Shown: positions 48,150 to 60,583 of the stretch, one piece after another
Position numbering within the stretch: the stretch's first letter is position 1
Layout: every line of letters begins with the position of its first letter
DNA from: Histomonas meleagridis 2922-C6/04-290x
Lineage: Eukaryota; Protista; Parabasalia
Assembly (NCBI GenBank): GCA_020184695.1
Contig: JAANOX010000266.1
Span: 463 to 64,462, forward strand
Length of the DNA stretch: 64,000 bases
Direction of reading: 5' to 3'
Position numbers and translations under genes: made by a program
The notes under the pieces: generated by a model
Database searches by the model: none
What the model saw: only the letters and a program-made list of their open reading frames with translations
What the model was told of the DNA's origin: nothing

Positions 48150-48709
48150 AATACTATCACCGGTAATAGAACCTTTCAATTAAAAAAAGAGAGAGTTTAC
48201 TGAAACATAAATAAAGGTAAATATTACTTAAATCTTTTTGAAATTTAATATAATGAGCTTTATGTACACTAAATAATAAATATAATATAATAAATAATAT
48301 CACCTTTTATTCGACAACTGAATTCATCTTTTCATAGAACTAAAATTTGGAGGAAAACATGATATTAATTCATAATATTTACTTGTTTTGATGAAAATAT
48401 TTTTACCAAGTTTTAATAAACGTATGAAGGTCTAAAACGTAATGTTTCTTGATTTTTCTTTCAACAGTTTTTGATGTAATGATATCATATTATAAGCTCA
48501 AAATTTCTTTTGTTCTTTAAAGTAAATTAACATCATTGATTAAATAGGATTTTAAAAGGCCTGTCATGACTTGCCATTTTCCATAATTGTAAAATGTACA
48601 GTATTCAAAAATACGGCACTTTCCCGAAAATCCAAAACTCGTTTTTTGAGAACGTTTAAAAAGCAGTTAATTGAGGTATAATACGTTAGATACATTATAT
48701 TTTAGGAAA

Positions 48710-49049
48710 ATGTCTGATCCAGTCATACGTCTTTGAACATATGGTCGAGATCTTGGTATCATTCCTATTTCACGTCTACCGACTGAGTTTGATAAAGCAT
48801 ATTTCATTTGTGTTAATACATACCAATCATACCGCCTTAATCTTGGTACTGGGCCATTAAATGATGCCGTTTCATTGGATAAATGTGTGAAGAACTTTGG
48901 GTTTCATATTTACTTCCTGTACAATCCTCATTCAATATATTTTTAAAAAATATCTTGATCATTTCTTTCAATTCACAACAGATCACTTAGTTTTCTTCTA
49001 TATTGGCCATGGCACAACGGTTAGAGATCTTGATGGAGATGAAGATGAT
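48710..49049 (+). pseudogene. Metacaspase (clan CD, C14) fragment
   Basis: Reconstructs to ...FICVNTYQSYRLNLGTGPLNDA...LVFFYIGHGTTVRDLDGDEDD. In-frame TGA at codon 9, a frameshift at about 48945, and truncation before the catalytic Cys. Confidence 0.8.
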
Positions 49050-51703
49050 TTTATCAAAATGTTTATGATTAATGGTATGAACATGAAATTCTGATGTATT
49101 ATAATATATAAAATTATAATTTTAATCAACATATTGGATGAATATTCTATTTGAAATCGAAAGGCTCTTTTCCGTTATTCTATTGTACATTCGAAATCTC
49201 ATATTTTAAAAGAAATATTCAAAATAAAGATAATAAATACCTCCATTCATGCTGCTATAATTTCTATAATTATTTGAATTGTATTAACATTTATTTGATA
49301 AAATTGTATGTAGAGAAATGCATTTTAAAAAAATTGATTATTAAGTATCATTTTTCATAAAAAACGATATATATCTAATCAATGAGAAAAACATAACGAA
49401 TTTTTTTATAATTATTCATATATCAAAGATATTTTTGTTTTTGATTTCGAATGATGTCATTCGATGTTCATTTAAAATCTATATATTTAATCCATAATCA
49501 ACAAATTCTAGATTTATACATACACTAATTGCATATTAAGATTGAATACGATACAAATGAAATTTAAAACTTAGATAATTAATCAAAAAGGAAAGATTAA
49601 AAAAAATAAAAAAACATGCATACTTGATTACCAACTTGAAGTTCATTTAGATACACAAAAACAGTTAACAAATATCTTACTACATCTTCAAATTAATGAT
49701 TTTTTTTTTTGTAATTAAAGGTTCTATCGAGTCGAAATTTTCGGGATGTGGGAATATTCTCATAAAAAAATTATAAATAATTTAACGGTTGAAATTATTT
49801 AACATTTTCGACCCAAGTTGCAAATCAATTTACAAAAATTAATAACAACCGTCTTATCGGCATTTCTAAACGTACTACAATTACAACAAATACATAACAG
49901 AGTAACGAAAACGAAGAAAATTACGTAACAATATATTCTATATTCGAAAAATAATATAAACTAAATGAGTAAAACAAGAAACATATTTATTTATAACATA
50001 ATCATGTATTTCACATATTCAAATATAATATCATCATATATAATATTATATATGATGAATATGTTATAAATTATGTTAAAAATGATGTTATATATTATAA
50101 TATATATATGATAATATAATATTTAATAATGTTATACACAATGGAAATGTAATATTACATAAATATGTTATGCATTATGTTATACACAGATATTTTATGT
50201 ATATATATTTAATGAACACGAATATATTATACATGAATATTTTATATATGATGTTATATATAATAATGCTATACATATAAATTTACATCAACACATTATA
50301 CACAATAATGTAATAGAATTGCAGTCTGCTTGTAATTGATATCCTTTAATTTTATTTAAATGGATTAACGAAAAATATTTTTCAGTTGATCATTCAGATG
50401 TAAATTGTCGCCTTTTGCCTCTAAACAACCGCGAATATAGAAAAATTTGAATGTTAACTTTTTTTTAAGTTGAGTAGTGAATGAAAAATATAATTATTGC
50501 AAAAATTTCAATTTCAAATCCAATTAAAATATGCTAAAAATATATTATGAAACATATTTTCTATTAATAGTGCTACAGTATTCATCCAACTTGTTTTGTG
50601 TTCTTATGCACTGAAAGATTTCTCTTTTTTGAGTTAAAATGCTTTACAAATATAAACTATACAATGCATGGCCATAACCGTCCCGTTCATCATGATGACT
50701 GATTTTTTAAAGAACCTTGAGCTTGGCTAGATTAAAATGACATATAACCTATAAAAATGGAACCACCTGGACGACACAGAAACTTTTATTTAATATTATA
50801 AAACTCACAGATTATTTATTTTCACGAAAACGTAATACGATTTAAGTCGAATTGACTTATACATAAATCAAAAGAGGGAGCCATTAAACAGGAAAACCTT
50901 TGTTATTACAAAAAACATCGGGTAGACTGAACTATACCCCGGAAAAAACACGTTATTTACGATAGATGACGATAGACATTTTGTGGCAGACGTTGTAAAA
51001 TTACGTATTCAATATAACCGTTTACATTGATTTTACAACCATGCAAAATTATCAAAAAGTTACCACTTAAATTTTGTCAACTTTACATATATGTAAAGTA
51101 TTCATATATTTTACGTAAGCATTCACTTTATATATTGCTATGTTCAGGAAGCATTGCTGATGCTAATAGAGGAGCTAAACATTATTAATAGATACATATG
51201 CCGTATTAAGTATATATAAAAAACATTATTAATGGGTACAAAAAAAATTGAATTTTATCGACTATTTATTGATTGAATTCTCTGGTAATTGCCAGTAACG
51301 GTTTTGACAATTACCATGCTGATACCGTTTACCATGTGAAAACACCAAATTTTAATCAAAATCATATTATTTCAGACGATATAATAAACATCAAAAAGGA
51401 ATATTTTTATGGAAGCATATTTCTGAATATAATTTAATTATATGTCTGAATTATCGTTCAACCGAAAAATTCAATTAATTTTTTTTTAGTTTTCCAAAAA
51501 TCTTTAAATTTTCGCAGTATCTTTTAGGGACGTGTCCACATTGAACATTTTATTCATATATACACAAAAACCTGATCATTTTCTTTTAAATTATAAACAA
51601 TTGTTCAAATTCTAGTCAGTGGTTTTTTATATTATTCTAAATTGTTAATTTGTCTTCAAACTTTAATCATTTATTTTGTTTTTCCATTCTAAACATTATT
51701 TTA

Positions 51704-53653
51704 ATGATTTTTGCATGTATATTATTATCAATGCATGCTGTTGGGCATGTTTCTTATACATCTGAAGATTTATGGTCAATTGACATTATAGGAAAGAACA
51801 AAACAAAAAGTCTTCTTATTAATAATTATACTGGTGATAGATATGATGAAATTGTTGATACAATAATAAAATCTACTGCATCATGGCAGATGTCACCTTT
51901 AGAAATCATTCTTACCATGACTCCAGAGCAACATATGAATCTTACTGGTTTAGATCAAAATGTAAGCTCATCGATAGCTTATGTTTTTTGGGGAACTTAT
52001 CTCAAGGGTGCATATAATGATTCATGTAACTATTTCCATAGACTTGATGATACATTTTTTTAGGTTATTTTTCTTGTCTCTAGAAATTCATTCGGTACAG
52101 GTATTTCATGGCTTCAAGTTGGTCATCCTTATAATGAGTTTCCTGGTCAAATTAAAAATCAAACTTACTTTAAGACAAGGGATGAGAACCAATGAAACAG
52201 AAGAACGTGATGTCCGTAAAAGAGTTAATGAAATATTTACCACAGGTAATCTTACAGGATATGGACGTGAAAATGATCTTCATACAGATTATGAAAAATC
52301 AGTTGCAATTTGGTGGTGGATTAAAGAAAATGTTGAATATGGTTTTTCTAAAAGGATGGAAAATTCAGCATATGGTGGAATTATATTGGGCAAAGCTGTA
52401 GATCATGGCTATTCTGCTATGTCTGGTATTTTGTTACAACGAGCAGGAGTTGAAGTGCGTTGCTTAATGGGATTGTTAGCAAAGAAAAAACGATTCCATG
52501 CATGGAATTGGCTTCATATTGGGGAAGAATGGTTTGCTTACGATAGTACTTCAAGTAATGCAGGGAATTTTTTAATGGGAATTAATACAACTAATCATTT
52601 GAGTCAATACAAGTATTCTGATGGTGAATATTGGGATTTTCCTGTTTCCACTAGTAATTATAATTATAAGTTTAATAGCTTTAGTTTTCCTAAAAATGCA
52701 CCATTGTTATATCAGAAAGAAGATACAGACTCAGGTTTAATCGGAAGAAATCTTAAATGGACATTAAAGAATGGTCTTCTTACTATTAAAGGAAGAGGAC
52801 CAATGAGAAATTTCGAAAATGCAACACAAGTTCCATGGAAAAACTTCTTTTATAAAATTCTAAAACTAAAGATAGAAGAAACAGTTACAACGATTGGAGA
52901 TTATGCATTTTATAATATAGACAAAATTAAGTATCAAAATTATAAAGATAAATTAGGATTCATTCAATCAATTGGCCAAAAAGCATTTTCTGATTATAAT
53001 GATCATGTTAAAACACAAGTATCATATAAAATTATTAATTTAACATTTTTAGATGAAAATGAAAAAGAAAATTACAAAGCACAAATTGTAAATGCAAGTA
53101 CACTAGATAAAATCAATGAAATATTACTAAAAGCTGAAAATAAATCAAAGGAAAACGAAAATACACAAAAAACATCAGCAAAAGATACAATCAAAAAATT
53201 GCCTTACCTTAAAAGCGATTCAGTTAAAGATTTTGAAGAAGAAATCAATAAAGCAAAAGATAAAGAATCAATTAAAGAAGTTGTTACAAAAGCACAATCA
53301 AAGAATAAAGAGCTAAAAGTAGTTTTCGAAAAGAGAGAAACAGTAAAAGAAGAAATCAAAAAAAGTTAGATAAATTGGGCGATATGCAAAAAGATTACAT
53401 CGAAAAATTAGACAAAGCACACAATGAACAGGAATTTGACCAAATATTGCAAGATGCTAAAACAAAAAATGAAGAACGTCAAGAAGAAGAAAATGCTGCT
53501 CAAGAAAACAAAACAAATACAATTGTTATGTCTGTAACAGTTTCTGTTTCTATAATTGTTGTTTTAGTGGCAGTAGTCATTCTTGTTCTTGTTATTCGAA
53601 AACAAAGATATCAATCTGTTCATAAAAGTAATGAGCAATCAAGTAAAATTTAA
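51704..53653 (+). pseudogene. Mosaic type I surface protein: transglutaminase-like domain, BspA-type cap, 3 GA/FIVAR-like helical modules, TM helix (about 650 aa reconstructed)
   Basis: Signal peptide, HAWNW...W..YDST, LKWTLKNGLLTIKGRG...PW...VTTIGDYAF, three about 45-aa helical repeats and a TM helix. TAG at 52061; frameshifts at about 52172 and 53360. Confidence 0.72.
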
Positions 53654-53865
53654 GCTAATCCAATAATTTTGTTTTAAAAAAACTTACTTCAAATAGCATC
53701 ACTTTGAAATTTGATTCCATTACAATAATAATTTTGGCTATTAACAATAATTCTTTTTCATTCACTTAATTAATTTAGATAATTCTGTTTGATGATTTCT
53801 ATTTTTATTGACCGAAAAATTAATGTTAAAAAATGAAATAGTCACTATTATTAAATGATTCGGGA

Positions 53866-54510
53866 ATGATAGATGCTCTAAGATCTCGGATTAGAATCAG
53901 CATCCTTTTTTACGTGGATTACAATTTTTCGAAAACATTAATTTCTCGATTACCAAAATTTGTTGAATCTTCACAACTTGGTAATATGAAAATAATTGGA
54001 ATTAATTATGAAATTAAATGCAAATGCCATAAATTAATAGATAAGTGTATATCAATGTTTTGTATAGAGAAAGTTACTGAATGTTTCCCACTTAATGAAG
54101 AAAAACTTTTAAGTAATGCACTTAAAGAAGTTAATAAGAATTTAAGATGTAGAAATAATAAAACAGATGAAACGCAAAGTCTTGATAATAATGACATCGA
54201 ATTAGATGTAGATATGACGAAGATGTATATGATTTAAATGATTTGCGTGAAACAATATAACGAATAATGAAGCAACCACAGAATTTAGAGTAAAAAGGGC
54301 TCGAATTGTATAAAAGAGGTCGACTTGTGCTGAAAGAAGCGCCGAAGAAAATTAAAAAAAAAGATGATGAAGAAAGTAACGAATCAGGTTGAGTGAATGA
54401 AATAGCAGAACATATTAAGAAGAGAAAATTGAAACAAAAAGAACAACAAAAAGAAAAGTATCGAAAGAGCATTCATTTTATTTGGAACAACCCATACAGA
54501 CATTCCACCT
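53866..54510 (+). pseudogene. Degraded ORF of unknown family
   Basis: Protein-like reading continues across a frameshift and in-frame stops (RYDEDVYDLNDLRETI*...YKRGRLVLKE...FIWNNPY). Confidence 0.35.
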
Positions 54511-55184
54511 AATGAATAATTATTTAACATAACAAAACTTAATAAATCAACACTTAAATATTATTTAATTTTATTGCATTCATTAACAATAGATTCGAGA
54601 CAAAATTTTGTGGGCTTAATGACTTAATATTTTAAAATGTAGAGATAAAAAATTATCATATAATAATGGATATCATATACAATGCATCTTCTTTTTTTCT
54701 TTGTTTTCTATTAGTTATTTTTACAATAATGTTGTCCAAATAAATAATGCATTATAAGAAAAGTAAATGATAATATATTATTTTAAAGAAAAAATCTGAA
54801 ATTCAGAATTATTATGGTAAAAATACATTATGTGTTCAAATAGCAGAAGTAAGTATATTATATTACCTTGGGTAATACTATCTGTGATAATACCTTATTA
54901 TGGTTTTTTTTATGGTTTTTACTAAAATTTCGATGATTTTTGTATTAAAATATTCAATCTATTTTCTTTTTTAAATGTCAATTAGATTATTTTTTAATAA
55001 AGCACATATTTTTCCGGGGTATTTTTTTTCATAATTATTTTATACAAAATATATATCATCAATACATTAATTTCAATGATTATTAAAAAAAAAAAAATTC
55101 CTGTCTATTGGGATTGTTTGTACATCTACATAGAGCGAAAATTCTGAATTGAATAGTTTACTCATAAATTGAATGATTTGAGAA

Positions 55185-57220
55185 TTTCAGGCGGTTTTTC
55201 AGTGGAATCAATGGTGCGACTAATGGAAGTAAATTAATGTCATCTTTATATGCTGTTTCTCGATTTCTTTCCGATAAAAGATTTTATCACTTTCTTTCTT
55301 GCATGGAGTGAAACAAACTACATTCATATAATAAACTCGTCTCAACTTCAATTAAAGAATCAATTTGTTATGATCTTAAATTACAAAATCTTTATGAAAG
55401 TCTTCACCACCTTAAAGCATTCTTTAAAGTTATTTAAGTGAACATTTTGGAAAAAGAGTTGTTTAATTAATCACAAGGTTTTTTCAAACAATTTGGATGA
55501 TTTTTGTTCAACTTTGTTACTCAAAGATATCCTTCATACCAATAATACAATTTAATGATAAACCTTTTCATAAATTCTTCAGAAGGAGATCAATTACATA
55601 AAATCAGATTATTTGGTTTACTGTTTTCACATATTGGCATAACTCATTGATGATCCATGGTGCTTGAAGTTTTTTGTTTTTTTAAGACAGAAAGACGACA
55701 TTCTTGAGCGTTAATTCTCGAGCAACGGAAATTAATTCAAAAAGTTTCAAACACCCAGCAAAAACAACTTTTTGATAAGAAATTGTGCACAATTTCAATT
55801 TACTTTTGTTAGAGCTAATCAAATGTTTGTGTTTTTCATCGGCTAAATGCGAGAAATTTTTAAAGTCTCATTTCCATTTGCTGGGTTCTGTTCCTTGTAA
55901 TTTTATAATCTTTTTGCAAAACAGAGTGCAAGCAATGACCATAATTAAAAATTATGCTCTCCAAAGAAGAGGAAAAAAAAAAAATATGAATCATATTATA
56001 TTTCATGATACTATCAATAATCTCTTTTTCACTTATGTAACCAACCAGATTTTGTAATAACAATCATAATTTCAAATGTTATTAGAGATATTCTGATAAT
56101 ATTATCTTACAATTACACCAAGTAACCAAGTCGTTACACGTTACAAATCCGTTTTTCCATATTATGACAGTATCAATTGATCCAATGATATCTCGTATTA
56201 TCTTGCATACCTCCAATCTTCATATTTCCTTCATCATTGTGTGTTGTATGGTGCTTTGTCTTTCAACACTCTTCTTCCATTTTCATCTTGGTTGAAATAT
56301 TTCAAAATTCAAATTTTTGTTGTGATATTGGCCATTCATCAAACTTCAACCCTTTATCGAACCCAAAAGACCATTCAAATGTTCTTCTGATCATATTTAT
56401 GGATATCCAAATATTTTGCAATCAACACGAATTACATCTTCCATTACCAATGGTATCATCACTGCACCCTTTGTTTCCTAACACATACTAAGCCACCAGC
56501 TGAGGGATGATCATTGTTTTGTCATGTGAGCATTTATGGAAGCGATGTTGCATCGACCACTTTTTCAGAAAAAAGTACTGAATTTTCACAGTAAGGTTCT
56601 GTGTACAAAGGGATTGAAGTCTAAGAGTTGTACACTTTTTCATGACCACCTTTTTTAATTCGGATTTGAACCTTTTGTAACAAAATACATCAACCGTAAA
56701 TTTCAAACAAAGTTTGTAATTTAAACAGATATAATTTTTACAGAAGAACGACACGTCACTGACAATATGCCGAAGTCAATCGCCTTATGCGGCATTTACT
56801 TGTACGGTGGACGAATGGCAGAAAGCGACTTGAATTGACAAGAACAACACACACAACAATTATCAACAACAACTTCCCCGACAATGTGTTCAACAAGTCT
56901 TTTTCTTTCTTTAATTTTTTCTGGATATTGGAACCTAAATCCATGCAAACACAAATGCTCAAGAGCAATGTATTCGTTTTCAAATGTTTTGCCACAAAGT
57001 AAACATTCAGTAGTAACAAAAATATAATGACATTGAGAATCATCAAATTCGCCACTATCTTCCTCCTCAATGATTACTTGGTTCTCTTATTCAGCTTCTT
57101 TTTTAGCGTCTTCTTCTGCTTGTTCTGCTTTTTTGGCTAAAAATTTATCAAGATTAAGATGATTTGAAATTTCAGTGTTGTTGTTAGAACGCACATGACA
57201 ATTGTTACAATGGAGTCCGC
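55185..57220 (-). mobile_element. Repeat family B, uninterrupted but degraded copy (C2H2 finger + SWIM-like motif; probably MULE-related)
   Basis: Reading-frame remnants CLLCGKTFENEYIALEHLCLHGFRF and SSSLESIIFNYGHCLH. Homologous to the flanks of foldback copy 1. Confidence 0.5.
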
Positions 57221-57259
57221 TCAATAAAATCAAGCAAGAAACATAAAATATATTTTCAA

Positions 57260-57262
<3 letters not shown>

Positions 57263-57290
<28 letters not shown>
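57263..57290. repeat. (TA)14 microsatellite
   Basis: Direct reading. Confidence 0.95.
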
Positions 57291-57293
<3 letters not shown>

Positions 57294-58535
57294 CATTGTA
57301 TAATGATTTTCCAAGTGAATTTGAATCTGAATAAGTAAAATCACCAGGCTTAAAGAACAGATATCAATCCGAAATTCATTATTAATAAAATGTGTTCAAT
57401 TGTGATATGTTTTGACATACCAGTATTTTTGTATTGGAAATATTTCATTTTATTTTTCAGCAAAAGCACGACAATCACATCCTTCTATTGCAATATCAAT
57501 ATCATTATTTTATTTACCCAAATTTTTTCTCAATAAATCAATAATATTTTCAGTATCTATTAATATTAATACTATATATTAAACTCAACTTGCGATAATT
57601 ATTAATATACTCATTTAATTTATGACACTATTATCTTGGATAAAGATATTTCAAATAATATTTCAAAATAATTGATAAAGTACTTGAAATCCAATTATTC
57701 ATAATTTATGAATTTAATGAATATATAGATGATATCATGATTTTCGGAAAGCATTATGATGTACCTATGTAACCTTATAAATAATTTTCTAAATATTTTT
57801 AGTAGAATTAAATATGTTTTATATATCTTAAGACAAACGATACAACTAACTTCTGAAATCTAATACTTATGATAATTTCTATTATCTATCATCACAATTC
57901 ATTGCTCACATGTTTTTTGTATCTGATTCGAATTTATTGATACTTTTCATTAATATGAAAGAAGTTTTCAAAAAATTATTTGTTATTCTGTGTAATGGTA
58001 TTAATTTATATGATTCTTCAAGAACATATACAATACCACTTTCCTTGGCAATTTTTCTTTCAAAACACGTTTTAAGGACGATATGTACTGATTGTGTGAT
58101 TTTTTATTCGTCTTTTCCATTGCTTTGATTCTTCTGTGTAATCTTATTAATTTTAATAAAATTTAACAATTTTTAATACATATCACATAAATATTATACG
58201 ATTGTAGTTTTTGTTTCCTGTGCTATAATTCTCAAAAATCATTCAATTTCGATGTAAACTATTCAATCGTATTCCGACCCACCCCTGCGGTTGTGATCGT
58301 ATTTTACTGAAAAAGCCTGACTTGAATTAATTCAAAGCGATGAATGCAACGATACGAATCGTTGATTGAAAATTGAATTAATTCAATTTCCCTTGTCATA
58401 ATATTAAGAATTTTTATACTTGGAATTGAGTTTGAACTTCGATTTTTTCATTTAAACTCTTAATTCAAATTAACTCGAAAAGTTTTCCACTCATTTCTTC
58501 CGATAGACACCTTAGAATAATTTATCTTCAAATAA

Positions 58536-59465
58536 AAAAAATATTTTGAATACTATTTTTTCAAAAAATCACGCATAATTGAAAGGCATTCATATTTCAT
58601 CCACTTTTTCAATTAAAAACTAAAAATTAAAAATAATAAATATTATGCTATATAATTGTGTTAAAAGGTTTTTTAGGGTAGATTGATCAGTATTATTGAT
58701 TGTGCATATAACTCTATATTTAAATAAAATTCTATAAAGAGGATTGTTGGTTGACTCCGTCCTTTTCGAATTATCACCTGTTTAGAGAAGAAGGGCAAAA
58801 CATTATAAGATTTTTCGGGATCCTATACTGAAGATCATTTAGTGCTTGATACAGAATTTCGATCTGTTTGCTAATGATGCTAATTTTTCCCACTGGGATA
58901 ATGAAAACGGGTGTGATGAATGGTGCTCCCACATTTGAAAGGAATTGAACATATCGGATTTTGTAGACCATGCAAATATAACATGTTTGTGAGAAAATAT
59001 TTGCTCATTCAATTGTGTTTCAATAAAAATAATTTGGCTTAAAATATTCCATGGAAATAGAAAATGACATATACGATACAACAAAAATCTGAATGCTTTC
59101 GAAAATTCTTTTTAATCATCAAATATTGATATGTTTTAAAATTTGATCAATTTAATACAAAATAGAGGTACTACAACTTCAAATTTTGCAATATTTTTTC
59201 AACTATGATTTTATGTAGGGTTGGCAAATTTCTCCCAAAGTTAATTTTTGCCCCCGCCCCTGGTGAAAAAAATGGGGAAAATAATTCCCAAACTTTTTGA
59301 ATAAAAATTGAATACTAGAAACTGCTTTTACGATACGGAAAAGTGCGAGGTACTTCCCAACCTAATGGGAGATTTTGAATACCTTGCTATCAGAAAGTGG
59401 AAATGTCTTTCAATTATGCGTGATTTTTTGAATAGCATTGAAAAAATCTCATTCAAAATATTTTT
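58536..59465. repeat. Degenerate inverted repeat pair (about 75 bp; 58536-58610 / 59393-59465)
   Basis: AAAAAATCACGCATAATTGAAAG versus CTTTCAATTATGCGTGATTTTTT, with matching flanks. Confidence 0.7.
58909..59165 (+). mobile_element. Solo arm of foldback family A with an internal deletion
   Basis: GGGTGTGATGAATGGTGCTCC... is homologous to 25954-26310. It lacks the roughly 70-bp module that is found inverted at 58339-58414. Confidence 0.75.
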
Positions 59466-60583
59466 GTGAGAAAATATTCCTTCTTAAATTTGATTTCTAT
59501 GTTTTACATTTCTTGACATGAAAATTTTTGAAAATTTATAAAATGTCACCAAATAGATTTGTTCACAAATCAATCTACACATGTTTAAATGCAATCGATT
59601 TAGAGAAATTGAAATGATACAAGAATAATTACATTTCAAATGCTTGATCCTAACTCACAACTAATTTCAAATCTGATGCATCATTTTGTGTATTTTGTGG
59701 TTCTCCTTTAGATATTAATAATCAATATTATACATTAATATCAAACAAATGATTTATGTATTTATTCGAAACATCAAAAGTTAATGAGAGTTAAATAAAC
59801 ATTCAGGTTGTACTCCAAACGGTCGCCACAGAAAAAATATTGTTTAGTTAATAAATCGATACACATTAATAATTTTAATCTTTAAACCAAAAAATTATCT
59901 ATAATTATTAATGCTCTTTGTTAAATACTAAATTATTTTAATTTTAATTTTTTTATAATCAATTTCACTTTAAATTAAAAAGTTGAAAAATATCTCTATC
60001 ACATTTTTTCGAATTATATGATATATTTAAATTTTTCATTAATTTTGATTTATATTCAGTTAATATTGAGTTCTATTCATTTCAAAAACCTAAAATCATG
60101 AAAATTGATTTTGAAATATAATGAACAACATAAAGAATAATAAATAAACATGAATCTATATTATTATAATATATAAGAACAAAACAGACGGTTGACACTC
60201 TAACCGTAATTTCTTCTCAAAAATCATCATTCAACTTCATCTATCGGAGCGGCTCCCAGTTTTTCCTAAAAAATTGCGGTTATTTTATCTGATTTTTATT
60301 CTTTACGTGTATCGTCATTCAATATTGAAAAGTTTATTATTAGAAAAAGTTTTATCTTCGAATTAAATGATTTACTTACACACTTTTTCCTTCTTATCCT
60401 TCGCGCTGGCCATTTTTTACTATATCATGTCAACCACCGAGTTTTAATAAATAAAATGATTTGATTCATTTTTTTATCCATTTTTTTCTTTTTTTCTTAT
60501 CTTATTATTTTCTATTTTTAAGGGTGAGGTATAAACGGTCTCCCCGAAAATTTATTATTTTTCAAGAAATCTTGGTGGTTGAA

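Noticed and set aside
50000-50320. ATAT/ATAAT-rich tracts (also 34350-34620 and 26760-27060) as structured repeats
   Set aside because: Low complexity with no stable period.
23546-52063. Stop-codon reassignment (in-frame TAG at a likely Trp position in GT47 and possibly the transglutaminase-like gene; TAA/TAG in HSP70)
   Set aside because: Conserved housekeeping genes have no in-frame TAR, use TGG for Trp and end in TAA. In-frame stops occur only in genes that also carry frameshifts.
52026-52063. Intron removing the TAG in the transglutaminase-like gene
   Set aside because: The 38-nt candidate shifts into a frame that stops within a few codons.
59216-59290. hAT-like terminus TAGGGTTGGCAAAT
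   Set aside because: No partner end, TSD or transposase found.
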